A stretch of DNA of 20,690 nt from an uncultured virus (IMG/VR IMGVR_UViG_3300020049_015491) (taxonomy: Duplodnaviria > Heunggongvirae > Uroviricota > Caudoviricetes), in the IMG/VR virus record IMGVR_UViG_3300020049_015491; one strand, 5' to 3'. Below are positions 8,553 through 20,690 of this stretch, one piece after another. Position numbers and translations under genes: made by a program. The number at the start of each line of letters is the position of its first letter. Positions within the stretch are counted from its first letter, which is position 1. The notes beneath the pieces are model-generated. The model saw only the letters and a program-made list of their open reading frames with translations. It made no database searches and was not told the DNA's origin.

Positions 8553-8657
8553 ATGAAACCAAAAGTTACTCAGAAAGGAAACACGCCAGGGGTTCTTGAT
8601 TTACCAGCGCCTGAACCAATTCCATATCCGCAGAAAAAGGAGGATGATGCTGAATGA
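8553..8657 (+). CDS. 34-aa Pro-rich peptide (MKPKVTQKGNTPGVLDLPAPEPIPYPQKKEDDAE), not in the ORF track
   Basis: Exactly fills the gap: it starts right after the upstream TAA, has GGAGTG upstream, and its stop overlaps the next start as ATGA. Confidence 0.6.
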   Translation: MKPKVTQKGNTPGVLDLPAPEPIPYPQKKEDDAE

Positions 8658-10093
8658 ATGGAATAGATAAGTTCTCATTTCACCCGTCTGGCATAGTCCT
8701 CTTTGATGGGTGCCACGGATCTGCTCTGGACTTAACCTGGGGGACTAAGGTAGATGCCGGCACGCTGATCACCATAGGTGCCGGTTACATCAAATTCGCG
8801 CATGCTGCAGCCGCTGCTGCCGGCCTGGCCATTCTGCCATATGGCCGACACTTTGGAGTTCAGACATCCTTCGAAGCCAATGTCCAAGTAGTAACTGGAG
8901 CTGGCGAAGTAGCGATCAATAGTGGAATTCGGTTATACGCAAATGTGGATAACTGGGTGACAATAGGGCCACAGATCGACGGGGTCAATAATCATGCCAT
9001 AGCGCTATCCTGGACAATCGATGGAACTGCAGGAGTAGCATATCTGCTATCCGGCGTCGTAGACGACATAGTTCGAAGAGTAAGGCTTACTGTTCTTGAA
9101 AACCATGTCGTAGCCTACGTAAATGGCGTTTACATGTACGACCTTGAATTCACTGACGCCGCAAGGTTCCTGGTTGATTACGTGTTCCAGCTCGTGGCCG
9201 GAACTACTGATACCACGGACATTTTAGATATCCGCTTCAGCCAAATCAAGATCAGTAACAAGGTTGAGGACCCAGCACCCTATCCGGCCATGTTCAAGGG
9301 AACGTTGTCATTAGCAAATACGACACCTGTAATACTCGCGTTTCCTGCATCTGAATATGGTGAAATGTTCGAGCTGGCACTGGCTGCTAATCTCGGCCTG
9401 GCCACCATGCCATATGCATTCAGGTCTGACAACGGTGCATTTACCGACATCACATCAGCCTGCAATGATCTGACTACGGGAAATGTAACCCTACTGCCAG
9501 CAGTTCCAGTGGCTGATGAGGATGGTGTCTACTTCGGAGCGCTCGCTAAATTCAACTGCGTAGATGTGTATATGGATGGAGGTGTCTCAAACCTCGATCA
9601 CGATATGAACATTGAGTACTGGAATGGAGGTGCATGGGCAGCCATCCCTGGAGTTACGGACGGCACCAACGGCGGCACTGCAACCAGGACGTTCAACCAA
9701 AATGGCCGGATATCATTCTCTCCGCCTGTAGACTGGGCTACGGTTGCCGTAAATGGAGTCACAGCATACTGGGTGCGGGTATTCGTGGGTGTGGCCGGCG
9801 TGAGCGTGCCAGTTGCAACTCATATTCAGGTTGGCCTGGATGCCAGCTCAGCTTTCGATCACGCGGCTCCGTTCCTGGGGTCATTGGTAGTCAAGATGAA
9901 GCGTAATTTCCCGGTGGCGGGTTACTCAGACGCTTACAGCGATGCCATGGCCTACCTCCAATGCGTGGGCGAGCGGAACGTGGATATCAATGGCTGGAGA
10001 TGCTGGGGGAACACGCAGGTCTCATTCGCCCTGTCGGCCACTCCAGCCAAAACCATCACCATTGAGTACTTCGGGTTCTGTCGGAGGCTGTAG
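8654..10093 (+). CDS. Multi-domain all-beta virion protein (N-terminal ConA/lectin-like region)
   Basis: RVRLTV...VVAYVNG...IRFSQIKI lectin-like pattern. C-terminal EYWNGGAW...DGT...NG.ISF..P.DW....VNG...YWVR module. Confidence 0.7.
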   Translation: MNGIDKFSFHPSGIVLFDGCHGSALDLTWGTKVDAGTLITIGAGYIKFAHAAAAAAGLAILPYGRHFGVQTSFEANVQVVTGAGEVAINSGIRLYANVDNWVTIGPQIDGVNNHAIALSWTIDGTAGVAYLLSGVVDDIVRRVRLTVLENHVVAYVNGVYMYDLEFTDAARFLVDYVFQLVAGTTDTTDILDIRFSQIKISNKVEDPAPYPAMFKGTLSLANTTPVILAFPASEYGEMFELALAANLGLATMPYAFRSDNGAFTDITSACNDLTTGNVTLLPAVPVADEDGVYFGALAKFNCVDVYMDGGVSNLDHDMNIEYWNGGAWAAIPGVTDGTNGGTATRTFNQNGRISFSPPVDWATVAVNGVTAYWVRVFVGVAGVSVPVATHIQVGLDASSAFDHAAPFLGSLVVKMKRNFPVAGYSDAYSDAMAYLQCVGERNVDINGWRCWGNTQVSFALSATPAKTITIEYFGFCRRL

Positions 10094-11851
10094 ATGCCTG
10101 GAATCACCGTAGCTTCCAGCCAGGCTAAACTCGATGGCCTGGCAGCCCGAAGAATCGATGAAACGATATACATAGGAAACATTAATGGTCTGGTAGAAAA
10201 CCAGATCATTAATATCCATCCAGTGATTGCATTGGAAAAACAGATTGAAGCGCTTCTTACCTCAGTCATCGCAGATCAAGGAGGCAAACTATCTGAGAAA
10301 TGGATTGAAGAGTATAACGTGGAAGTTCACGGCTCTCAGCTATGGATCAAGCTTAATGGCACTACTTCTGAAAATGCTAATCGGACTTTAGTCATTGCTG
10401 ACTATGCGTCATATTTCAACCAGTTTAACGATGCTGGGGTCTTCTCAGCCAGCCCTGATCAAATAAATAGCATGGGTGAAAGTTCCAAAATCGCAGTAAC
10501 TGGATTGGGAAACAATGCAGTAGATATCGTTTTAAATGCAGAATTTCAGGATGAATTAAGTTATGGAGGCTATGCTCTTTATCCGCCATCGGGTAAGCAC
10601 ATTTATATTTCCCCCGATGGAAAAATTTATGTCGCGCTCTCAATCCAATATGGCGGTACTACACTTCCAGTAGCTGTATATGCCGTTTCAAGTGATGGTG
10701 GTAAAACATGGATTTGGGCCAGGGTGGATGACTCAAATGATCGGCAACAAGCTCAGCAGTCCATGGCTATCGACAGTGCGGGAAACATTCATTTCGTCTG
10801 GCAGGATACCGTTACCTCCGGATCAGATCAGAGAATAAAACATCGCAAGCTGGATGTAAAAACGGGAACCCTAGGCAGTATTAGCACCATGAATTCCGTA
10901 ACAGGAGTTCTAAATAATTGCCCAATTATCCAACCAACCCCAGCAGGTGATTCGGTTGAAATCCTTTGGGCGGGAAAAGGATATGCACCAACTACTTCCC
11001 AGTATAACCTTCTACTGAGGGCGGTTAAGGCGGATGGATCGCTGGACACCCTTTATCAGATCACTGCAAACGGATCTTCGACATATCGCTATTTATACCA
11101 CACATTTGATTACGACAGTGCCGGATATCGTCATATTATGGCAATTGTGAAAAACCATGCCACAAATCCTGATCCGGGTGATTTATGGTACATCCGACAA
11201 ACATCAGGAGGATGGCAGGCCGCCGTTCAGATTAATTCGGATGTTGGAGACGATAATTTACTTCATTATGCAAGTAATATAGTAATAAATCCATTTGATG
11301 AAGTATTTATCGTGTACGATATCGGCCCCTTTGATCACACCAGCCGGAACCCAATGTATATTAAGAAAATAATAAACGGTGTCGTGGGTTCCAGAGTAAC
11401 GGTAGAAGCCGGCGATCCAAGTCCTGGTGGTACATGCCCTCAAATCCAACTGGATGCCAATAATCGTATAGTGGTAGTATCAATGGCCAACACAGAGCCA
11501 AATGATACCTATGGTTTGAAGGTAGTATCTCGCGATCTAACAACCATCAGTGCCAGGACGGTTATTCATGCAGCTCCGGATGACTACGATTTATCGTACA
11601 TCCATATTCCATGGAGCATTCCCCCTAATGTAAGGGGAGTAAACCCAAATGTTCCACTGCAGGGCATGATTATGATTTCAGGTGAATATGAGTCTACAAC
11701 TCCTGATTTGATAAACATCCGGATCTACTACAGTGGAAACTGCATAATGGGATCTGCAGCATATCCGTCGCAGGTTACGAAGTTAACTTATAATATTCGA
11801 GGGTCATTAAATCGAACAAAATTCAATTCTGGGTTTAACCCAGCGATATGA
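10094..11851 (+). CDS. Asp-box (BNR) beta-propeller protein, sialidase-like fold, putative receptor-binding spike
   Basis: Asp-box SSDGGKTW. Blade repeats IYISPDGKIYV, MAIDSAGNIHFVW, FDYDSAGYRHI, IVINPFDEVFIVY and IQLDANNRIVVV. Confidence 0.8.
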   Translation: MPGITVASSQAKLDGLAARRIDETIYIGNINGLVENQIINIHPVIALEKQIEALLTSVIADQGGKLSEKWIEEYNVEVHGSQLWIKLNGTTSENANRTLVIADYASYFNQFNDAGVFSASPDQINSMGESSKIAVTGLGNNAVDIVLNAEFQDELSYGGYALYPPSGKHIYISPDGKIYVALSIQYGGTTLPVAVYAVSSDGGKTWIWARVDDSNDRQQAQQSMAIDSAGNIHFVWQDTVTSGSDQRIKHRKLDVKTGTLGSISTMNSVTGVLNNCPIIQPTPAGDSVEILWAGKGYAPTTSQYNLLLRAVKADGSLDTLYQITANGSSTYRYLYHTFDYDSAGYRHIMAIVKNHATNPDPGDLWYIRQTSGGWQAAVQINSDVGDDNLLHYASNIVINPFDEVFIVYDIGPFDHTSRNPMYIKKIINGVVGSRVTVEAGDPSPGGTCPQIQLDANNRIVVVSMANTEPNDTYGLKVVSRDLTTISARTVIHAAPDDYDLSYIHIPWSIPPNVRGVNPNVPLQGMIMISGEYESTTPDLINIRIYYSGNCIMGSAAYPSQVTKLTYNIRGSLNRTKFNSGFNPAI

Positions 11852-11858
11852 GGTGCGC

Positions 11859-12299
11859 ATGCCACTCGACATAAATCCAACCGAGATTAATGAGAAGAAC
11901 ATCCCTCAGGTATTGGGAGCAATCGTAGTAGAGTTAAAGAACTTGAACCTAAAATTAGATGATCACATGGAAGAATTTGCAAAAACCATTAACAGTAAAA
12001 TCGATAACCTTAATGAAAGGGTCGATGATCTGGAAAAGGAAAAATATGCTCACCCAAACTGTACCACCCATCTGGAGACATTGAAAAGACTAGATGGAAT
12101 TGAAACCACTTTGAAGCTTCATGACACCCTGTTCTGGACACCGTTATTGGTGACTAAACAGGATATTCTTCCATTTTTATGGAGATACAAGTATGTGGTA
12201 GGTGGAACTACCGCCATTTTGACTGCCTGGTTAGCAGTTACCGATTGGATTGTACGATCTATTCAATGGGGGCTAGTTCCTCCAGGACAAGTACCATAA
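11859..12299 (+). CDS. Coiled-coil protein with a C-terminal transmembrane helix (holin-like or virion membrane protein)
   Basis: GAGGTG RBS at 11850-11855 favours ATG 11859. Heptads KIDNLNERVDDLEK; hydrophobic YVVGGTTAILTAWLAVTDWIV. Confidence 0.65.
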   Translation: MPLDINPTEINEKNIPQVLGAIVVELKNLNLKLDDHMEEFAKTINSKIDNLNERVDDLEKEKYAHPNCTTHLETLKRLDGIETTLKLHDTLFWTPLLVTKQDILPFLWRYKYVVGGTTAILTAWLAVTDWIVRSIQWGLVPPGQVP

Positions 12300-12329
12300 C
12301 CTTATAATTGCAGGAGTAGAGGTTTCATT

Positions 12330-13934
12330 ATGACTCGCCCAACTATCAGAGCGCTCAAGTGGCGCTGGCAAACTGTCGTAGATGAGCAGGGACGACAGTG
12401 GCTAAATGGAGACCAGTCGTGTTATTTCAATCGGCTGATGGATTTGGCAACCCCCGTAGAAGCTAATGATGCTGCAAATAAGGCATACGTGGATGCCGCT
12501 ACCGCTAGCGGAGGCATCATTGGAGTTGCCGGCCATATCCCAATTATAGATACAGATGGCATAGGAATGCTGGATTCCGGTGCCGGAATCTCCGATTTCA
12601 CTGCTGCTGGAACGTTATGCGGGACCAATGTGAGCATGGCTGGCATCACCAATAACTACGTTCTTACCTGGGATGCAGCTCACTCCAGATGGGTGCCAGC
12701 AGAAGCTCCTGGCGCAGTAGGGGGTGAGGCAAATACTGCCAGCAATATCGGAACTAGCGGGTTGGGGCTATTTATCTCCAAGGTTGGCGTAGACCTTCAG
12801 TTCAAAAATCTACTTGCTGGCTTTGGAATGATAGTTGGTGCTGGAGCATCAGGGGCAAATACCATAGTGGTTGAGATAGATCCAACTGCTTTAAACTTAA
12901 ATGATTTAGAAGATGTCGATCCGGCCACAATCGCAGAAGGATATGTCCTAACTTGGGATTCGGGAGACAGCAAATGGAAACCAATGGAAGGGGTAGGTCT
13001 TAGTGGCGTGGGAGCTACTGGAGCCACAGGACCGTCTGGTCAAACCGGTCCCCAGGGGGCTACCGGACCAGGCGTCGGAGAAACAGGTCCTACAGGTGCT
13101 CAGGGAGCTACAGGTCCTACAGGCCCTACAGGAGCGGGTACAACGGGTGCAACAGGCTCGCAAGGTGAAACCGGAGCAGCCGGTGCTACAGGCCCAACAG
13201 GTCCTGCAGGATCTGGATCAACAGGTGCTACCGGACCAACAGGTCCTGCAGGTGATGGCGCTACTGGCGCGACTGGTCCCGTAGGGGCCACAGGGGCGGC
13301 AGGATCAGGAGCATCCGCCGCGTTTTGGACCACAGTCCCTGGCACGCCCACGCGGGTAAGCAACACCCAGCTTACCATCACGGACGCCAGCAACGCAAAT
13401 CTCTATGATCTGGTCCTTGGGCCGGGAACTCTCTTGAAATGGGAGGCTAGCGGGGGAGGATTCCGGGTAGCTAAGGTTGTCTCGGCAACTTATGCTGCAG
13501 ATGCCGTGACCATCGATATCGTGGGATCTGTACTGGCAGCAGGGTTTACGGATATGAAATACTGCCTGTTTACCTGTCCGATGGAGCAATTTTTAGTGCC
13601 AGGTTCGCAATATGTGGCAAATGGAGTAGGAAAAATCTGGTATGCTCCAATGGGCTTCTATCCGATATCCTGTGATGCCAGGGTATTAACAGCCGGTGTT
13701 ACAGGTTCTGGAACATGGGATATAAACGATGACGGAACCACCATATTTGGTGGGACCTCATGCGAAATAGCAGCCGCAGGAACTTCAGATTTGAATAACG
13801 CGGCTGCTGCTCCGGAGACACCAGTAGCCGTAGGAAGTGCAGTCACGTTAGATTGCACAGCGGTATGTACCACGCCAGCCGTTGATGCCTACATCTATCT
13901 GTTCTACATGCCAATCAGTTGGAGGTATAGGTAA
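12330..13934 (+). CDS. Short collagen-like fibre protein (paralog 1)
   Basis: N-terminal region shared with ORF 14672, DAANKAYVD neck motif, VLTWD..W.P repeats, about 100-aa G-X-Y tract and C-terminal beta domains. Confidence 0.88.
   Translation: MTRPTIRALKWRWQTVVDEQGRQWLNGDQSCYFNRLMDLATPVEANDAANKAYVDAATASGGIIGVAGHIPIIDTDGIGMLDSGAGISDFTAAGTLCGTNVSMAGITNNYVLTWDAAHSRWVPAEAPGAVGGEANTASNIGTSGLGLFISKVGVDLQFKNLLAGFGMIVGAGASGANTIVVEIDPTALNLNDLEDVDPATIAEGYVLTWDSGDSKWKPMEGVGLSGVGATGATGPSGQTGPQGATGPGVGETGPTGAQGATGPTGPTGAGTTGATGSQGETGAAGATGPTGPAGSGSTGATGPTGPAGDGATGATGPVGATGAAGSGASAAFWTTVPGTPTRVSNTQLTITDASNANLYDLVLGPGTLLKWEASGGGFRVAKVVSATYAADAVTIDIVGSVLAAGFTDMKYCLFTCPMEQFLVPGSQYVANGVGKIWYAPMGFYPISCDARVLTAGVTGSGTWDINDDGTTIFGGTSCEIAAAGTSDLNNAAAAPETPVAVGSAVTLDCTAVCTTPAVDAYIYLFYMPISWRYR
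13011..13310 (+). repeat. Collagen-like G-X-Y coding repeat (100 codons, several G-X-G interruptions)
   Basis: [12 protein letters not shown] triplets read directly from the translation. Confidence 0.95.
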
Positions 13935-14663
13935 ATGAGCCTCGGACAGCTCGGACCAGGAATGGGAGACCTAGTTTTTGGCTCCCATTTTAATTCCAAC
14001 GTGGACGATTTCAGTGGACATGGATATAATGCAACAGGCATTTACACGTCTTATGATGCACCATCTGGAATTTTAGGTCCTGGAGTTAAAATGAATGGGT
14101 CCAACTCCAGAATATATTGCCCTAATTCCGTAGCGTCTGTAATTCGGGATTCTTCATATACGGTAGCTGTCTTAGTATCATTGCCAGCCGCCGCACCTAG
14201 CACCCAGCCTATTTTCGGACAATGCTGGTGCTCCGTATATGATGAGGATTGGGGAGCAACCAGGCACTATGGAACAGCGTTAATGATATATGCTACTTCG
14301 TTATATTTTCAAAGAAATGATGGAAATACGACGCAGCGTTACTTTTCCATTCCATTCGAGTTTGAATCATCCAAAAAATATCTAATAGGACTTACAGTGA
14401 ACGAAACATCACCAGGGATAGCATGCCTATATGTAATACCATTATTTCCTGGCAAGGCCAAAGGGTATGGTACATCAGTTATAGGTAATATAAATGTCTT
14501 GGTTGACGCTTTCCATGATCAAGGTTTAAACATAGGTGCAAATGTGCGAAATGCATCAAATCAGTTTGGCACGCATACCCTAAATGAATTTTTACTGTTC
14601 AATACCGTAAAGCCCATGAGCTGGTTCATGGAGTACGCAGCCCTTTTGAGAGGCTTCAAATAG
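13935..14663 (+). CDS. LamG/concanavalin A-like domain protein (partner of fibre 1)
   Basis: [17 protein letters not shown]...[10 protein letters not shown]...YTVAVLV...LNIGA...LNEFLLFN LamG pattern. Starts immediately after the fibre stop. Confidence 0.8.
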   Translation: MSLGQLGPGMGDLVFGSHFNSNVDDFSGHGYNATGIYTSYDAPSGILGPGVKMNGSNSRIYCPNSVASVIRDSSYTVAVLVSLPAAAPSTQPIFGQCWCSVYDEDWGATRHYGTALMIYATSLYFQRNDGNTTQRYFSIPFEFESSKKYLIGLTVNETSPGIACLYVIPLFPGKAKGYGTSVIGNINVLVDAFHDQGLNIGANVRNASNQFGTHTLNEFLLFNTVKPMSWFMEYAALLRGFK

Positions 14664-14671
14664 GAGGTTAC

Positions 14672-18397
<3,726 letters not shown>

Positions 18398-18399
18398 AT

Positions 18400-19095
18400 A
18401 TGGGCATCACATTTGCGGTTAATAAATACCTGGCTGGTAACAATCTTGATCAGCGGGGTGCTCTTACTCTGATGGGCTGGATCTACCCAACCTCATTTTC
18501 TTCACCGAATACAATAGTCGGTGCAGGAGCATCCCCGGGGCTTCCGGTGCAGTATCGATTATCAGTTGATACTGTTGGGAAAGTTCAAGCTACATGGGCA
18601 TCTGGAACGTCTGGTGGCAACGAGAAAACTCGCATATCCACCGCTACTGTGTGCTCCCTAAACAATCTTTATCATATCGCGGCAACCCGACGTGGCACTA
18701 CTCCTTTCGAGTGGTTACAACTTTTTGTCAACGGCGTTGCTGTTGCCTCGGCTACTGCCAATACGGGTAGTCCTACTATGCCCACAGTACAAACTTTCGC
18801 AATCGGGCGAAATGGTGGTTATGATGGATGGTATTTCAAAGGTCGATTGTTCGATGTCCGGATGTATAGCGCTGTTTTGTCTAATAGCGAAATTGCTGCC
18901 ATCTACGCAGAAGCCGGAAGAGATAATATAACGCATAACCTTGTTGGACGATGGCCTATGTTAGAAGGCCAATCAGGAGCTACGGCAAGCGGTGCTAATA
19001 CTGTATTGGACGTTAGTGGCAATGGTAAACATCAGACTCCAACAGGATCACCAACTTATGTTGATACTCCAATGAAAATTTTCAGGGGTTATTGA
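18400..19095 (+). CDS. LamG/concanavalin A-like domain protein (partner of fibre 2); start re-assigned to ATG 18400
   Basis: LTLMGWIYP...LYHIAATR...LQLFVNG...FAIG...FKGRLFDVRMYSAVLS..EI...LVGRW...DVSGNGKH, a classic LamG_3 pattern. The ATG is 2 nt after the fibre stop. Confidence 0.9.
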   Translation: MGITFAVNKYLAGNNLDQRGALTLMGWIYPTSFSSPNTIVGAGASPGLPVQYRLSVDTVGKVQATWASGTSGGNEKTRISTATVCSLNNLYHIAATRRGTTPFEWLQLFVNGVAVASATANTGSPTMPTVQTFAIGRNGGYDGWYFKGRLFDVRMYSAVLSNSEIAAIYAEAGRDNITHNLVGRWPMLEGQSGATASGANTVLDVSGNGKHQTPTGSPTYVDTPMKIFRGY

Positions 19096-19097
19096 AC

Positions 19098-19289
19098 ATG
19101 GCAAATGTAGCGAAAAAGAAAGAATACAAATTGGCAGCAAAACAAAAAGCTGCAGAGAAACTAGAAGAAGAATACTCAGACACGGTTCGCGATTCTCTGC
19201 TTTTCGAGGAAGCTGCCAGAGTCAGAGCGGGTCACTTCCCACCACAACCTTTATATCACTTAGTGACTACACTACCTAATGATGACTGA
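19098..19289 (+). CDS. Small charged helical protein, C-terminus probably altered by the tnpB insertion
   Basis: ATG 2 nt after the LamG stop. Helical K/E-rich sequence up to VRAGH, after which it reads through the tnpB promoter. Confidence 0.5.
   Translation: MANVAKKKEYKLAAKQKAAEKLEEEYSDTVRDSLLFEEAARVRAGHFPPQPLYHLVTTLPNDD
19245..19257 (+). promoter_or_regulatory. Archaeal TATA element for leaderless tnpB
   Basis: CAACCTTTATATC lies about 22 nt upstream of ATG 19279 and is identical in 12 nt to the element at 741-752. Confidence 0.65.
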
Positions 19290-20445
19290 GCAGGTGTTAA
19301 CCGTTCAATGCAAGCTGCGTCCAACGGACTCCCAGGCCGAAGAGATAGATGAGACTCTCAAAGCCTTCGCGGATGCTTGCAACTGGATCAACCAAAACAC
19401 ACCTGCGAAGCACACCAACAAAGTTCGTATCCAGGGGCTTGTCTACCAGGATGTCCGAACTAAGTTCGGTCTTTCTGCAAATCTAACAATTAGGGCCATA
19501 AATCGGGTTGCTGCTAACCGAAAGACTGCTATTCAAAATCATTCTTCCGTCAAGAACTTCGAACCCACAAGCATAGACTACGATGCTCGGATCTTTGCCT
19601 TCCGGGAGAAAGATGAAGAGGTTAGCGTTACCCTTCTCAGATCAAGGCAAAGGATCAAGCTGATTCTTGGTGAATATCAACAGGACCAGCTCAAAGGATC
19701 TAAGCCAACTAGCGCCACGCTCTGCAAGAAAGGATCGGAGTATTACATCAATATCCAGGTCAAGAGCGAAGCACCTGAGCAAATTCATGTAGACACAATT
19801 CTTGGCGTAGATCTTGGAATTACTGACATTGCCGTAACCTCTGAAGGTCAGAAGTTTGGCGGAAAGACCATCAAACTAATCAAGATCCATTATGCTTCAA
19901 TGCGCGCTGTTCTCCAACAGAAAGCCGTGAAAGGTACAAGGAGTTCCAGGCGACGATGCCGGGAACTTTTGCAACGACTATCCGGCAAAGAGAGCAGATA
20001 TCAAAGACAAATCAACCACGAAATCAGCAAAGCCATAGTTACCAGAGCACAGGAGATACCTGCGAAGATTGCTTTGGAAGATCTAACTGGAATCCGGGAA
20101 GGCGTGAACCAGAAATCCGGAAAGAACCAGAGACGGAGAGTCAATGGTTGGGCCTTCTACCAGCTTAAGGAGTTCCTTAGCTATAAGGCTCTCGCGGCTG
20201 GTGTTCCTCTGGTTCTGGTGGACCCCGCATACACCAGCCAGACGTGCCATCAGTGCGGTGAGCATGGAATCAGGAACGGAAAGAGTTTCAAGTGTCCTTC
20301 GTGTTCCTGGTCTGGTGATGCTGATTTCAATGGTGCTAAGAACATTGCTTTCTTGGGCCGCTATGTAGACCGGCCTGGAGGCTCGGAAGGACTACCAAGT
20401 ATTAAGGTAGTCCTTTCAGGGCTACTAAAAGCCAGGGTGCTTTAG
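19279..20445 (+). CDS. tnpB: RNA-guided endonuclease TnpB
   Basis: RuvC-I ILGVDLG, RuvC-II IALEDL, zinc finger TSQTCHQC...FKCPSC and RuvC-III DADFNGAKNI. The D-E-D triad is intact. Confidence 0.96.
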   Translation: MMTEQVLTVQCKLRPTDSQAEEIDETLKAFADACNWINQNTPAKHTNKVRIQGLVYQDVRTKFGLSANLTIRAINRVAANRKTAIQNHSSVKNFEPTSIDYDARIFAFREKDEEVSVTLLRSRQRIKLILGEYQQDQLKGSKPTSATLCKKGSEYYINIQVKSEAPEQIHVDTILGVDLGITDIAVTSEGQKFGGKTIKLIKIHYASMRAVLQQKAVKGTRSSRRRCRELLQRLSGKESRYQRQINHEISKAIVTRAQEIPAKIALEDLTGIREGVNQKSGKNQRRRVNGWAFYQLKEFLSYKALAAGVPLVLVDPAYTSQTCHQCGEHGIRNGKSFKCPSCSWSGDADFNGAKNIAFLGRYVDRPGGSEGLPSIKVVLSGLLKARVL

Positions 20446-20480
20446 CCCCTGGTAGTTTACATGCCAGAAGCTCTCGATTA
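20300..20480 (+). ncRNA. Predicted TnpB omegaRNA (reRNA) overlapping the tnpB 3' end; guide from 20461; 5' end approximate
   Basis: Stems GGCCG/CGGCC (20356-20375), AAGGACTACC/GGTAGTCCTT (20387-20415) and the right-end hairpin (20432-20452). CTAC (20422-25) can pair with GTAG (20452-55). Confidence 0.7.
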
Positions 20481-20551
20481 ACCATGAAATCGGATCTCAC
20501 CCAATTTGCCATTTTATCAAGTTTTTCTTGAACTTCAGTAATTGTTGCCAT
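20402..20551 (-). CDS. Small leftward ORF (MATITEVQEKLDKMANWVRSDFMVNRELLA...), whose 3' end now runs into the tnpB element
   Basis: GGAGG RBS at 20556-20560. Amphipathic helix for 30 codons before crossing the element's right end. Confidence 0.55.
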   Translation of the reverse strand: MATITEVQEKLDKMANWVRSDFMVNRELLACKLPGAKAPWLLVALKGLP

Positions 20552-20570
20552 TATTCCTCCAAAAATTATA

Positions 20571-20590
20571 GAGCTGCCTTAAGGCAACTC
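20571..20590. promoter_or_regulatory. Near-perfect 20-bp palindrome (operator or hairpin)
   Basis: GAGCTGCCTT|AAGGCAACTC, with one mismatched pair, just upstream of the leftward ORF. Confidence 0.4.
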
Positions 20591-20690
20591 TCCCCAGCCT
20601 TTTCCCCACAGATCGCTCAGCCTGCCGAAATATCGATCATACTTTACAGCACAAACTTCCGTGCTAAATCGACTTACGGCCCATTGCCGA

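Larger units (their letters stand above)
19236..20460 (+). mobile_element. Solo-tnpB (IS1341-type) IS200/IS605-family element, no tnpA
   Basis: Intact tnpB; right-end hairpin CCAGGG-tGC-ttta-GC-CCCTGG (20432-20452) followed by TAGTTTAC. The left end is uncertain (after TCAC at 19235 or 19259). Confidence 0.75.

Noticed and set aside
19279..20445. Cas12f or a nuclease-dead TnpB-derived regulator
   Set aside because: There is no CRISPR array or cas gene, an IS-type right end is present, and all three RuvC acidic residues are intact.
20461..20480. Second target of the TnpB guide inside the window
   Set aside because: A scan by eye found only about 7-nt ATGCCAG matches (e.g. near 1622, 6322, 9840, 13675) without a TCAC-like motif or extension.

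Overview
The window looks like most of the virion-morphogenesis region of an archaeal-type virus or provirus, most likely tailless and icosahedral. The archaeal call rests on TATA boxes about 23-25 nt upstream of apparently leaderless genes, GGAGG/GAGGTG ribosome-binding sites and an AbrB-type regulator. From left to right: (1) a short leftward operon (RHH-like protein, His-rich metal-binding protein); (2) a rightward operon of hypothetical proteins; (3) a strongly expressed 393-aa beta-rich candidate major capsid protein and a CBM-like protein; (4) an inverted AbrB gene; (5) a 13-kb tightly coupled operon; (6) an intact solo tnpB element with a clear omegaRNA/right-end structure, apparently inserted where two small convergent genes meet. 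The long operon starts with a second, internally duplicated 357-aa capsid-like protein. It continues with a beta-helix protein, a lectin-like protein, an Asp-box beta-propeller protein, a holin-like protein and two paralogous [collagen-like fibre + LamG protein] modules with about 100 and 675 G-X-Y residues. No portal, terminase, tail tube, tape measure, packaging ATPase, integrase or replication gene is recognisable. All family calls are by eye from motifs; no database search was run.
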